The notes below the pieces were generated by a model. It made no database searches. It was not told the DNA's origin and was given only the letters and a program-made list of their open reading frames with translations. A stretch of DNA of 64,000 bases from Candidatus Latescibacterota bacterium. Lineage in GTDB: Bacteria; Latescibacterota; UBA2968; GCA-2709665. The translations under genes and the position numbers were made by a program. Below are positions 48,160 through 58,639 of the stretch, piece by piece. Location: the NCBI GenBank assembly GCA_963667175.2, contig CAXXXF010000011.1:1-64000 (forward strand), read 5' to 3'. Numbering within the stretch: the stretch's first letter is position 1; each line of letters starts with the position of its first letter.

Positions 48160-49182
48160 TCACGGGTTGCGCGGACGGGAACGCACCCCCTCATCTCCGA
48201 ACATGAATGAAAGCAGGGCGAAGCGCTTGCCCGACGTCACCTCCGTGACCTCGTGCAGGTGCGAACAGGAAAATACCACGGCGCCGCCCGCGCCCGGTTT
48301 GTAGAGGTGGGGGCCGAATTCCGGAAACCGCAGGCGCCCGCCCGCGTACCGTTCGTTCAGGTTCAACGTGAGCGCGAACCGCCGGTGCGCGGTCGACGGG
48401 CTCAGGTTGTCGCGGTGCGCGTGAAAAAACCCACCGGACGCGGCGTCGTAGCAGGCAATCTTGAACCCCTCAAAACGCGTGGCACGGTACGCAAACGCCC
48501 GCTGCAACTCCGGAATCACCCTGCGGCCGATGGTGGACGAGAGCAATCTGACCAGCTTGTCGTCCTCTACGGTATGGTCCCTGCGGCTCTTCCGTCCGGC
48601 GTCGATCCGGTCTCCCCGCCCGGTACCCTGCGACTGCTCCACACCGGTTTCCACGTTGCCTCTGTTCTCCCACGTCCGCATCAGGAAATTGCAGATTTCG
48701 GGATCCAGCACATTGGGAACCAGCAGGACGGGGGCCTGTGCGTCAACCACCCTGGGTTCGGTCTCCGGCCGCCTTGAATCCAGCACGTTTCTCACCTTGC
48801 GCGCCGCGTTGCGCGGGTCATCCAGCACGACCGACGCAAGCACGCGCAGATTCGGATCCAGCACGAATACGACGGAAGATTCGGAATCCGAGATCCGATA
48901 CGCGGATCGAACCACGCCTTTCGCATCCACGAAGACCGGATGGGGCCACTGCGAATCCGTCGCTTTTCCGGAAGCCACGACCGCGAAGAGGTCCACGTCC
49001 CATCCGTCCAGCGCGGTTGGAAAGCCCGCAAGGCGTTCATCCTCGCCAGGGGAAAAGATCAGGACGGCGGGGGCGCCGCCTGCCCTTGAATAGAACCGGG
49101 TCGGCTTGCCGTCAGGCGCCAGCGGAAGCACGAAGTCCGTGGCCCGCTCGCCTCGTTCCAGTCCCTGTGTCGGTGACTTCAT
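48160..49182 (-). CDS. Redoxin-like + 2OG-Fe(II) oxygenase fusion
   Basis: G..A.DF.L and FVLDPNLRV N-terminus; HRD, HRRFA, YAGG.L.FPE, LHEV, R C-terminus. Confidence 0.82.
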   Translation of the reverse strand: MKSPTQGLERGERATDFVLPLAPDGKPTRFYSRAGGAPAVLIFSPGEDERLAGFPTALDGWDVDLFAVVASGKATDSQWPHPVFVDAKGVVRSAYRISDSESSVVFVLDPNLRVLASVVLDDPRNAARKVRNVLDSRRPETEPRVVDAQAPVLLVPNVLDPEICNFLMRTWENRGNVETGVEQSQGTGRGDRIDAGRKSRRDHTVEDDKLVRLLSSTIGRRVIPELQRAFAYRATRFEGFKIACYDAASGGFFHAHRDNLSPSTAHRRFALTLNLNERYAGGRLRFPEFGPHLYKPGAGGAVVFSCSHLHEVTEVTSGKRFALLSFMFGDEGVRSRPRNP

Positions 49183-49439
49183 GACTCAGCCTTCCATTGC
49201 AATGAGGCAGGCAACTGATGAAACCGGCGCGTTCGCCGGTGCGTCCAACCGGAACCGGGCGTCGAACGTCTGAAATCGAACAAAGAATGGATCCTAAGGC
49301 TCATAGAACTCCGCGGCGTCAAAAGATACCTTCCGGGACGGGACTGTCAAAACACAAAAGTCCGCTGTACGTACGAACCGCCCCGGCCGCGTCTCCATTG
49401 GGATGATTCGGAGTTCGACGCGCGGGGAACGGGGCCGGT

Positions 49440-50534
49440 CCCGGGAAACACAGGCGACCACGCATCCTCTTTATCGCCCGGCGGTATCCGCCGTCGGTTG
49501 GCGGCATCCAGACCTACGCGAAGGAACTCTATACCCGGCTTCGCCAACGGTGTCCGGTAACGCTCATCGCCCTCGGCCTGGACCCGCTCGTTCACCTGGC
49601 GTGGTTCATGCCCTACGCGTTTTGCGCTGCCGTGTTTCACATAATCCGTCGCCGTCCCGACGTGGTATTCTTTATGGACGGGGTTACGGCCGCCCTGGCG
49701 CCGTTTCTGCGCCCCTTTACGCCGGCGCGGTTTGCGGTGACGCTTCACGGCACGGAATTGACGTTCCGGCGTGCGGTTTTCAGCCACCTGATGCGGGCGG
49801 GCGCGCTGGCCTGCGACCGGACCGTAACCGTCAGCCGCGCCACGGGTACGCTTGCCGCCGGGATCGGCCTGCCGGCGGCCAGAACGCGCGTTATCTATCA
49901 GGGCATTCACGTCGCCATCCCGCCCGACGCCGAGCATCGACGGCTCAAAGACCGCTTTGAAAGGGCGCACGGACTGAGCCTGGAAGAACACCCCGTTGTC
50001 CTGAACTACGGGCGTCAGGTCCGGCGGAAGGGCGTGGTCGACTTCATCGAAAACGGCGTCTTCCTGATGAGGGAGGATATCCGTCTGATCATCAGCGGCA
50101 GCGGCCCCATGCAGGATGGGATACGGGTTGCCGTCAAATCCCGGAATCTCGGAAGCCGAATCTTCACGCCAGGCCGGTTGGACGATGCGACCCTGGCGAT
50201 GCTTCGCCGGGAAGCGCAACTCTTCCTGATGCCCAACATCCATCTCAGGCACGACGCGGAAGGGTTCGGAATCGCCCCGCTCGAGTGCCTGTTCACCGGC
50301 CTGCCGGTCGTCTATTTCAACGTGGACGCCCTGGGCGAAAGCCTTCGCGACGGCGGCTACGGCGTCCCGCCGGGCGACTATTCCGGCTTTGTCGAGCGGA
50401 TCCACAGGTACCTGGACCTCTCCCCCGAAGATAAGGAACGGGAGAGAGCACGCGTCAGCGCCTTCGTGCGGCGTGAATATTCCTGGGAGAAAACCACGGC
50501 GGAATATCTGGACGTGTTTACCGGTAAGTATTGA
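49440..50534 (+). CDS. Glycosyltransferase family 4; start codon unresolved
   Basis: RILFIARRYPPSVGG, GRQVRRKG, EGFGIAPLE, YSW. Confidence 0.85.
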   Translation, partial: PGKHRRPRILFIARRYPPSVGGIQTYAKELYTRLRQRCPVTLIALGLDPLVHLAWFMPYAFCAAVFHIIRRRPDVVFFMDGVTAALAPFLRPFTPARFAVTLHGTELTFRRAVFSHLMRAGALACDRTVTVSRATGTLAAGIGLPAARTRVIYQGIHVAIPPDAEHRRLKDRFERAHGLSLEEHPVVLNYGRQVRRKGVVDFIENGVFLMREDIRLIISGSGPMQDGIRVAVKSRNLGSRIFTPGRLDDATLAMLRREAQLFLMPNIHLRHDAEGFGIAPLECLFTGLPVVYFNVDALGESLRDGGYGVPPGDYSGFVERIHRYLDLSPEDKERERARVSAFVRREYSWEKTTAEYLDVFTGKY

Positions 50535-50697
50535 CCACCAAAGAAAACTTAAACTCACAATGGATGGACCTGCCTGCCTGTCCAGCAGGCGAGGCAGGAT
50601 CGGAAAGGTCCACAGATGAACCGGCCGAAAACCCTTATAAGAACCGCTTTTTTGGACTTGATGATCAAGCGGACAGCGAAGAGGAGTAGATGGTCGT

Positions 50698-50991
50698 ATG
50701 GAGTTTGACATTTGGGGGATATTTCAGGCATCTCAGAACAGGGCCAACTTTCAGGCGTTGACAATCTGGATGTTGTTTGCGGGCCTGGGCGGCTTGCTCT
50801 CGGCAGGGCTTGGGCTTCTTTGCGGGCGTTCGCCCTGGCGGTGGTTCCTTTTGGGTTTCATTGGAGGCACTCTGGGCGGCTATCTTGGAGACGGATATTC
50901 GGCTGCGGAGTGGGGCGGCTTTCTCGGCGCCTTCGCGGGTCTCGTGATCGCCACGTTATGGGCAATGGACATACGGCGGCAAAAGCGTTGA
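50698..50991 (+). CDS. Small Gly-rich membrane protein
   Basis: Three hydrophobic Gly-rich segments. Confidence 0.5.
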   Translation: MEFDIWGIFQASQNRANFQALTIWMLFAGLGGLLSAGLGLLCGRSPWRWFLLGFIGGTLGGYLGDGYSAAEWGGFLGAFAGLVIATLWAMDIRRQKR

Positions 50992-51189
50992 GCCCTGCGA
51001 GGTTGTAAACTCAGGAATAAATCCCCATGCTCGAATGTGCAACAAAAACCATCGCAAAAAGGAGTAAATTTGCGGGCGAACCGGTTGCCTATATCGGTGT
51101 GGTTCCGGACTCAAACCTTGTGCAGATCTCCGTCGCAGTAGGGTAGTGCGCCGTCAGAGCCGCGGCAAAATCGAATCCTGGAGGAAGAC

Positions 51190-52047
51190 TTGGTCAAGCA
51201 CAAATCACTATCGAACGCTGCATATAAAGGCAATGCCGAAGCGGTCAAGATGCTCATCGACGCGGGCGCGGATGTAAATGCTAAGGACAGATACGAAAAC
51301 ACGCCGCTGCTCCGGGCGGCCTCAGCAGGCCAGGCTGAAGTTGTCAGACTGCTTATCGACGCGGGCGCGGATGTAAATGTCAAGGACAGACGCGGATACT
51401 TCACACCACTGCTCCGGGCGGCCTCAGGGGGCAATGCCGAAGCCGTCAGAATACTCATCGACGCAGGCGCGGATGTGAATTTTAAGCACAAGAATGCATT
51501 TTGGACGGCGTTGCACCTAGCGGCCGAAAGGGGCAATGCCGAAGCCGTAAGGCTGCTCATCGACGCGGGCGCGGATATCGATGCCAAAGACATTGTAGAC
51601 AACACGCCGTTGCTCCGGGCGGCCGAAGGGGGCCATGCCGAAGTTGTCAGGCTGCTGATCTACGCGGGCGCAGATGTCAATGTAGAAGTTCCCCGCGAGA
51701 GTATCACGCAGTATGTCGATGCCGACGGGGTTGTCAAGGCTGAGTACAGGCACGTCCACGTAGACAACACGCCGCTGCTTGAGGCTGCACATAGTGGCGA
51801 TGTCGAAACCGTGAGGCTGCTGATCGACGCAGGCGCGGATGTCAATGCTAAAGGCATCAGTCGCGACACGCCGTTGCTCCGGGCGGCCGGAGAGGGCCAT
51901 GCCGAAGTTGTCAGGCTGCTGATCTACGCGGGCGCAGATGTCAATGCCAGGGGCATCGAAGACAACACGCCGCTGCAGGTGGCAATCGAAGAGGGCCATG
52001 GCGAAGTTGCCAGCATACTAAGGGCGGCGGGCAAGCTGGCCCCCTGA
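51190..52047 (+). CDS. Ankyrin repeat protein
   Basis: ~8 TPLLRAA..G.AE.V.LLIDAGADVN repeats, ~99-bp DNA periodicity. Confidence 0.95.
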   Translation: MVKHKSLSNAAYKGNAEAVKMLIDAGADVNAKDRYENTPLLRAASAGQAEVVRLLIDAGADVNVKDRRGYFTPLLRAASGGNAEAVRILIDAGADVNFKHKNAFWTALHLAAERGNAEAVRLLIDAGADIDAKDIVDNTPLLRAAEGGHAEVVRLLIYAGADVNVEVPRESITQYVDADGVVKAEYRHVHVDNTPLLEAAHSGDVETVRLLIDAGADVNAKGISRDTPLLRAAGEGHAEVVRLLIYAGADVNARGIEDNTPLQVAIEEGHGEVASILRAAGKLAP

Positions 52048-52501
52048 AGCACGGACTCAAGGGCGGAAACGCCCGCCGGAACCCCAAAGGTGTATCTAAA
52101 TCCGGCTATTCGAGTGCGTTCCCGGCGTCTTCCCCGTGTTCGGACGACCGCGACAATCACGTCTCAGACCGCTTCCGGCGTTCTCAGACGGCTCCCGGAC
52201 CCGGGTACCGGCGGCTTACACGGGGATTCGGCTTTCCTCCGGTGCGGTGTGCGAGCGGATAATAAGGAAGTGAAAGCGGAAGGCAGGAATGCCTGCCCCA
52301 GCTTCACATCAGATGCGTCAGGTTCTCGAAAAGCCTAAATGGCGGTGAAGTTGGTCGATTATTGTTTTCCAGTAAAATTCTACGCAATTTACGTCCGTGT
52401 CTAAGCTGCTCGCACTCGGTACGGCGGAAACGCGCAGAAGGCGAACCCTAACGGTATATCGCAGGACACATTTGGCGTAACTCGAAGCAAGGGAGGGAAA
52501 G

Positions 52502-53116
52502 TTGAGCAAGGACAAACTGAAATGGGCGGCGTTTGGGCTGGCGTTGGGCATCATCGGCGGCGGGGTCGGCGCGGCGGGCGCGAACAGGTGGTACCCGGGC
52601 GTAACCCGGTTTGAGACAATCCAAGCGCAAGAAATCCGAATCGTCAACGGTGGCAATCTGACTATTTCTGACGCGAACGGCAATGCTGTCGTCGTGCTTG
52701 GCTCGGATCGGGACGGCGGCGGTCTGGCAGTCCTCAACTCGGCGGGCAAAACCGCTGCCGTGGTTGCCGCAGGTCTGGAAGGCGGCAGGCTGATAGTCCA
52801 GAACGCGGCGGGCAATCAGGTTGCCCGACTTTACGCGGACGGCGGTGGCAGGCTGGAAATCTTAGACCGATTCCAGATGCTCGTTGCGATTACGAGAGAA
52901 GTGCTCGGCGCCGGGCAGATGGAAGTCTACTACACGGCAGCAGGCGGGAAAAGCGGGGAAAAAGCGGTCGCTATCTTGGGTCCGGTCGCGAACGGCGGCG
53001 GGATATCTTTCCGCGACCTGCAGGGGAATACGAGGGCTGCCGTTGGGACGGATGTGTTGGGTGGGTATATAATCATCCGCGATAAGGATGGCAAACCGGT
53101 ATTTGAGCGTCCTTGA
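52502..53116 (+). CDS. Hypothetical membrane-anchored/exported protein with ~22-aa beta-strand repeats
   Basis: N-terminal TM; repeated GG.L.(I/V).(D/N)..G units. Confidence 0.65.
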   Translation: MSKDKLKWAAFGLALGIIGGGVGAAGANRWYPGVTRFETIQAQEIRIVNGGNLTISDANGNAVVVLGSDRDGGGLAVLNSAGKTAAVVAAGLEGGRLIVQNAAGNQVARLYADGGGRLEILDRFQMLVAITREVLGAGQMEVYYTAAGGKSGEKAVAILGPVANGGGISFRDLQGNTRAAVGTDVLGGYIIIRDKDGKPVFERP

Positions 53117-53441
53117 GTGTGAGTGACTTTCATGTGTATTCGGCAATTCCGGCAAATGTGCGCGAGTTGAACTGGTGCGGTCGTTTGAGAGATATTGCAG
53201 AGGTCCCGCGAGAACGCCGTGGCAGGATCGATTAATGAAAGCGGCAGACAGGAATGTCTGCCTGCCTGCGCAACGAACTGCGCTGCAGGCAGGCCCCACC
53301 TTCACACCGGATTCGCCAGCGCATTGACAAGCCACGGGTGTCACCTGTCTGCCTTTCAGGCAGGCGGCGGGCAAATTTCCTCGATTTATTCAACTTATAA
53401 TTAATAATATTAAAGGATAAATATATAAAACAAACGTCGAA

Positions 53442-53654
53442 CAACGCAAGGTTCGTTCTTGTTTGATAATGCTGCTTGCATACGGTATGGTGTTGTAGTC
53501 CCCCCACCGCATCAGCCGTCGCCGACCCTTCGACAAGCTCAGGGGACGGCTCGGCTTCTGCGACTCCCCCTCAAGGGGTGAGTGATTGGTACATAAAGCG
53601 GGCGCACGCGTTCTCTGTTGCCAATTTGTCTGCGGCTGAGCAAAGCGAAGCCGC
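53442..53654 (-). mobile_element. Second, more diverged non-autonomous copy
   Basis: GCGGCTGAGCAAAGCGAAGCCGC identical to reverse complement of element left end; interior closely similar to 43262-43384. Confidence 0.75.
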
Positions 53655-53703
53655 GAAGGGTTTTAATCCTGAATATCCTGTTTATCCATGTAAGTTTGAG
53701 TCT

Positions 53704-54417
53704 ATGAACAAAAGTCTGCTGACAAACCTCATATCGTTGGCGCTCATCGGCGCCGGCGCGATCAGCCCGGTATTCCGGGAGCAGATCCTGACCGTCGGCC
53801 TGTTCGCGACGTCGGGCGCGTTCACGAACTGGCTGGCCGTCCACATGCTCTTTGAAAAAGTACCCGGGCTTTACGGCTCCGGCGTGGTCCCCGCGCGCTT
53901 CGGAGAATTCAAAGCCGGGATTCGTAAGCTCATCATGGAGCAGTTCTTCACGCGCGAGAAGGTGGAAGAATTCCTCGCCATGGAATCCCCGCAAGACCGC
54001 GAGCCCTTCAACCCGGAACCCGTCGTCAACGCCGTTGACTACGACCGCATCTACGCGGGTTTCGTCGACGTCGTACTCGCCTCGCCATTCGGCGGCATGC
54101 TCGGAATCGTGGGCGGCGCCAGAGCGCTCGAACCGCTGCGCGACCCCTTCAAGACCAAGATGAAGGAGGAACTCCGCGATATGCTGCTCTCGCGCTCCTT
54201 CAACGACGCCATGGCAGCCGGGCTGCAAAGCGCTCACGCGGGGGAAGCCCTGGTGGCCAGGGCGGAGACTATTGTCACGCGCCGGCTGGAGGAACTCACA
54301 CCCGAAATGGTCAAGCGGATCGTTCAGGATATGATCCGCGAACACCTTGGCTGGCTTGTGGTCTGGGGCGGCGTCTTCGGCGGTTTCCTCGGACTCGTCG
54401 CCAGTTTCGTCCGGTAA
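53704..54417 (+). CDS. DUF445 family membrane protein
   Basis: TNWLAVHMLFEKVP.LYGSG; HLGWLVVWGGVFGG. Confidence 0.88.
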   Translation: MNKSLLTNLISLALIGAGAISPVFREQILTVGLFATSGAFTNWLAVHMLFEKVPGLYGSGVVPARFGEFKAGIRKLIMEQFFTREKVEEFLAMESPQDREPFNPEPVVNAVDYDRIYAGFVDVVLASPFGGMLGIVGGARALEPLRDPFKTKMKEELRDMLLSRSFNDAMAAGLQSAHAGEALVARAETIVTRRLEELTPEMVKRIVQDMIREHLGWLVVWGGVFGGFLGLVASFVR

Positions 54418-54421
54418 TCCG

Positions 54422-56218
54422 ATGCTTGTTTACGACGGCAACTGTGGCTTCTGCGCGCAATGGGTGGAACGCATTCGTGGCGCCGCCGGTGACCGTGCGG
54501 CGTTCGCGCCTTCACAGGAGGCCGGCGGCCGGTTTCCGCAGATCACTCCGGAGCAATTCGAAAACGCCGTCTGGTGGATCGGTCCGGACGGCGAAGTCTG
54601 CAGCGGCGCCGAGGCCGCATTGCGCGCGCTCGCGTTCACCGGGCCGGCAGGGAAACTGCTGTGGTGGGCTTACCGACGCCTGCCCATGTTTGCCGCGTGC
54701 GCGGAAGCGTGTTACCGTCTGGTCGCCCGCAATCGGAAAACGGTGTCAACGGTGACCCGATGGCTCTGGGGGCAGGACCTCCGCCGGCCCGCTTACCGCA
54801 CGTCCGCCGACCTGTTCCTGCGCGCCCTGGCCGTGATCTACCTGATTGCTTTCCTGTCGTTCTGGGTGCAGGCGCACGGCCTCATCGGCGCCCAGGGCAT
54901 CCTCCCGATCGACGAATCCGTTCGACTGGCCGCGGAAAAGGGCCACCCGCTCCGGTTCCCCACCCTGTTCTGGTTCGATCAGAGCGACGCCTTCATCCAC
55001 GGCCTCTGCGGCGCGGGTACGCTGCTTGCAATCGTCGCCGCGCTCGTTCCCGCTTCCGCCCCGCTCTTCCTGCTGCTGTGGATCGGATACCTCTCTATCG
55101 TCACGGGCGGCGGCCCCTTTCTGTCCTTTCAATGGGACGTCCTCCTCCTGGAAGCCGGTCTGCTGGCCGCGTTTCTCGCGCCCTGGAAACTATCGGTGAG
55201 GCGCGGCGCCCATAAGCCCCCACGACTCGTCGCCTGGCTCTATCGCTGGCTGCTGTTCCGCTTCATGTTCGCCTCCGGCCTTGTAAAGCTCACCAGCGGC
55301 GACGCGACCTGGCGCGACCTCAGCGCACTCACGTACCACTACCAGACACAGCCCCTTCCCAATCCGCTGGCGTGGTACGCGCACCATCTGCCGGAAGGCA
55401 TCCACGTCGTTTCCGTGGCCGCGATGTTCACCATCGAGCTGGCGGTTCCCTTCTTCATCTTCGCGCCGCGACGCCTCCGGATTGCGGCCTGCGCGTTGCT
55501 TGCCGGCCTGCAGGTCGTTATCGCGCTCACGGGAAACTACACCTTTTTCAATCTGCTCGCGGCGGCCCTCTGTCTCTGGCTGATCGACGACGTGTCGTGG
55601 CCGAAACGCATGAGAGCGCCGCGTACCGACTCCGATCCTGGACCCCCAAAACTGCAAAGATTGGCGGGCGTTCCGCTTGCCGTTCTGATCGTGACCCTGA
55701 GCCTCGTGTACCTCTACAGCTTCAGCCTGCGAATGAGATCCCGATGGCCTGAACCCCTGGTCGCGCTCAACAGGGCCGTGGCCCCGTTCAACATGGTGAA
55801 CAACTACGGCCTCTTCCAGGTGATGACCACCCGAAGGCCGGAAATCGTCCTCGAAGGCAGCAGGGACGGCAAGACCTGGCTGCCCTACGAATTTCGCTAC
55901 AAACCGGGCGCACCGGGCAGACGTCCCCCGGTTGCAGCGCCGCACCAGCCCCGTCTCGACTGGCAGATGTGGTTCGCCGCGCTTGGCCACTACCGTCAGA
56001 GTCCCTGGTTCGTCCACTTCTGTCGGCGGCTCCTCGAAGGATCGCCGCCGGTTACCGGCCTGCTTGCGCGGAACCCCTTTCCCGAGAGCCCCCCGCGATA
56101 CCTGCGGGCGCAACTGTACGACTATCGCTTCACGACTCCGGACGAAAAACGCCGGACCGGCGACTGGTGGAAACGTACCTTTCAGAAAACCTACCTGGGA
56201 AAGATTCATCTGGAGTAG
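54422..56218 (+). CDS. DCC1-like thiol-disulfide domain fused to lipase maturation factor
   Basis: YDGNCGFC; FQWD.LLLE.G, YHYQTQPLP, HQPRLDWQMWF. Confidence 0.9.
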   Translation: MLVYDGNCGFCAQWVERIRGAAGDRAAFAPSQEAGGRFPQITPEQFENAVWWIGPDGEVCSGAEAALRALAFTGPAGKLLWWAYRRLPMFAACAEACYRLVARNRKTVSTVTRWLWGQDLRRPAYRTSADLFLRALAVIYLIAFLSFWVQAHGLIGAQGILPIDESVRLAAEKGHPLRFPTLFWFDQSDAFIHGLCGAGTLLAIVAALVPASAPLFLLLWIGYLSIVTGGGPFLSFQWDVLLLEAGLLAAFLAPWKLSVRRGAHKPPRLVAWLYRWLLFRFMFASGLVKLTSGDATWRDLSALTYHYQTQPLPNPLAWYAHHLPEGIHVVSVAAMFTIELAVPFFIFAPRRLRIAACALLAGLQVVIALTGNYTFFNLLAAALCLWLIDDVSWPKRMRAPRTDSDPGPPKLQRLAGVPLAVLIVTLSLVYLYSFSLRMRSRWPEPLVALNRAVAPFNMVNNYGLFQVMTTRRPEIVLEGSRDGKTWLPYEFRYKPGAPGRRPPVAAPHQPRLDWQMWFAALGHYRQSPWFVHFCRRLLEGSPPVTGLLARNPFPESPPRYLRAQLYDYRFTTPDEKRRTGDWWKRTFQKTYLGKIHLE

Positions 56219-56329
56219 CCTGACGGCATCACAGAAGGGATCATCGGGCGCGGCGCCCAGATGCAATTGGATCACGAAGGCGCCGGATATCCGCCGGTTC
56301 CCGCGCCCGTGCGTGCCTGACATCCGGTC

Positions 56330-57286
56330 TCATGCTTCCAAAGCGTCCCTGACCACGGCCGCAATCTCTGGATAGCGACGCGGTGTTTCGAGGTTGCACA
56401 ATACGACGTGGTCTTTGACGTATCTGCGAGCGATGTCGAACTCCGCCCGCACACGGTCGGGAGAACGAACGAGATACGGATCCGCATAGAGCCCGATGAA
56501 CGGCACGAACGTGTTCCGCTTCGGGTCCTCGAGCCGCTTCATCTCGGCGGTCTCGAATTCCACGCGCTCAAGGCTCCAGTGCGGAGGATAGAACCAGGAA
56601 ATCGTCTGCGTACAATAGTCCAGTCGCAGCCGGTTTCCGTAATATTCGTTGGGATAGAACGGCGGCCAGACGTGGTTGGTTACAATCGCATCCCGTTTGA
56701 TCGCCTTCGCGTGTTCGTACAGCACCTCGGATACCTTTATCAGGCTGGTTTCCGACATTCGCGCGAGCAGTTCGGGTTCGTGCGCTCCGGGACGTTCCGC
56801 TTCCATCGATTTCCGGATGGCCGCGCATCGATCGCAGAAACACGCATAGTGGTTCCTGAAACCGAACCCGTCGAACGCAACGCCGTCCGCGAGTTCGAGC
56901 GCCCGGCTTACCCGCTCCTTCAGAAACGATCTCGACGCCTCGTGCTCGAAGCAGAGCGTCGGGCCGTCCTGAACGATGGAAAACCACCGGTGCGACAGGA
57001 GCTGGAAATTGGCCGGCGTGCCCTCGTGCCCCGTGCGGGCGATTTCATCCTCGGCGGACAGCAACCGTTGCAGACACTCCGGATGCGCGATTGCGAACGC
57101 GTCTGAAGGCCTGGCGTACACGATGGCGACGATCTTCACGCCCAATTCGGCGCCGCGTCGCACCATCGCCTCGGACGGATCCCGCACGATCAGGGTATCG
57201 AAGCCCAGCTCGCCCGCGAATTCCACGATCTCCCGCTGCTGCGCTTCGGTCTCCACCGGCAGATGCCAGTCCCACGCCGCCTTCAT
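56330..57286 (-). CDS. Hypothetical glycoside-hydrolase-like TIM-barrel protein
   Basis: HPE, LCF, DGVAFD, CFCDRC motifs. Confidence 0.55.
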   Translation of the reverse strand: MKAAWDWHLPVETEAQQREIVEFAGELGFDTLIVRDPSEAMVRRGAELGVKIVAIVYARPSDAFAIAHPECLQRLLSAEDEIARTGHEGTPANFQLLSHRWFSIVQDGPTLCFEHEASRSFLKERVSRALELADGVAFDGFGFRNHYACFCDRCAAIRKSMEAERPGAHEPELLARMSETSLIKVSEVLYEHAKAIKRDAIVTNHVWPPFYPNEYYGNRLRLDYCTQTISWFYPPHWSLERVEFETAEMKRLEDPKRNTFVPFIGLYADPYLVRSPDRVRAEFDIARRYVKDHVVLCNLETPRRYPEIAAVVRDALEA

Positions 57287-57445
57287 GACTTCACTCCTCG
57301 CCCTATCCCTGGTCGCGTCATCGTTGCATTTGTAGCGGCAACCCTGTTGGTTGCCCACGTCATGGCGCTGGCGCCGCGATCGACATCGCCGCGCCATATC
57401 GCTAACCGGTTCAAGCTGAATGCTGAGAGCTGACAGCTGTTTTCG

Positions 57446-58621
57446 CTACATTTGATCGGCCGCAGACCTGATGGCTTCCGCCAGCTTTCGAACCCGGGCC
57501 TGCGAATTGTCGGGATGCATCGGGATCAACACGGCACGGCTGAGTATGTCCAGCGAATCCCTGCACATTTCCATCGAGTAGGTCACGTTCAGCTTGCGGT
57601 TCGCCGGAAAGTTGTACGGATTCATATCGGGGTGATGCGCGCCCTGCTTTCTCATGACGGGATCCCACCGGGTATAGACGTGCCGCCCGGTGTCGATCGG
57701 CAGGAATCCTCGAGCGCGGCACTCGCGCAGGCCGTCCGCGAAAGCCCTCGCTGATTCCTCGCTCGGAAAGATGAATCCCAGGTTGCTGCCGCATTCGTGC
57801 GAGAGACTGTTGTTGACGATGGAGGTCAGTCCGGCCGCTTCCCCCGCCTTCAGCAACTGGCGTTTGTGAGCGACCATCTTTTCCAGCATCCCCTCGAGTC
57901 GTCGCAACTGGGCATTCAGAATGGCGCCCGAAACCTCCGGGGCCCTGAAATTCATGCCCGCGAACTGCTCATCTTCCTTCTTCTGGTCCGGATTCCAATA
58001 ATACGAGCAGCAATCCGAGGCCACGGAGGCGCGACCGAAAACCGCTTTGTTGCCGGTGACAAACGCGCCGCCTTCGCCGCTGGAGATATTTTTATAGAAG
58101 TTGAAGCTGAATGCGCCCGCGTGTCCGATCGAACCCAGCATCCTGCCCTCGTAGGCGCCGCCTACCGCCTGGCAAGCGTCCTCCAGCACGAGCAACTTGT
58201 GCCTGCGCGCAATACGCATCAGCGCTTTCATATTGCAAGGCAGACCCCACATATGCACGGGAATGATCGCTCTCGTATGGCGCGTCAGGCGGCGCTCGAC
58301 GCCTTCCGGCGACAGCGTGATGGATTCATCCACGTCGGCTACGACGGGAATCGCCCCCGCCGCCAGCACGGCCAGCGCGGTGGCCATATAAGTGCACGCC
58401 GGGACGATGACTTCATCGCCGGGGCCCACCTTCAACCCCACCAGTGCGCAATATAACGCCGAAGTCCCGCTGGTGGTCATCCTGGCGTACTTCACGCCCA
58501 GATGCTTCGCCCAGGCGGCCTCGAACCGATCGCATTCTCCCGTGCGTCCGTACCGGAAGATGCCGCCATCGTCGAACAGCCGTTTGACACGCCCCAGTTC
58601 CAGGTCGCCGATGCGATACAT
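57446..58621 (-). CDS. DegT/DnrJ/EryC1/StrS aminotransferase
   Basis: SGT.AL, GDEVI, EDACQA, FSFNFYKNISSGEGG. Confidence 0.93.
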   Translation of the reverse strand: MYRIGDLELGRVKRLFDDGGIFRYGRTGECDRFEAAWAKHLGVKYARMTTSGTSALYCALVGLKVGPGDEVIVPACTYMATALAVLAAGAIPVVADVDESITLSPEGVERRLTRHTRAIIPVHMWGLPCNMKALMRIARRHKLLVLEDACQAVGGAYEGRMLGSIGHAGAFSFNFYKNISSGEGGAFVTGNKAVFGRASVASDCCSYYWNPDQKKEDEQFAGMNFRAPEVSGAILNAQLRRLEGMLEKMVAHKRQLLKAGEAAGLTSIVNNSLSHECGSNLGFIFPSEESARAFADGLRECRARGFLPIDTGRHVYTRWDPVMRKQGAHHPDMNPYNFPANRKLNVTYSMEMCRDSLDILSRAVLIPMHPDNSQARVRKLAEAIRSAADQM

Positions 58622-58639
58622 AACGGACTCCTTTTCGGG

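Noticed and set aside
46556-48304. Long alternative-frame and antisense ORFs (also 2343-3911, 7119-8522, 10188-11579)
   Set aside because: Arg/Pro/Gly-rich shadow ORFs expected in high-GC coding DNA, overlapping well-supported genes
51230-52020. CRISPR-like periodic repeats
   Set aside because: In-frame ~99-bp ankyrin coding repeats with no unique spacers; no CRISPR array or cas gene seen in the window
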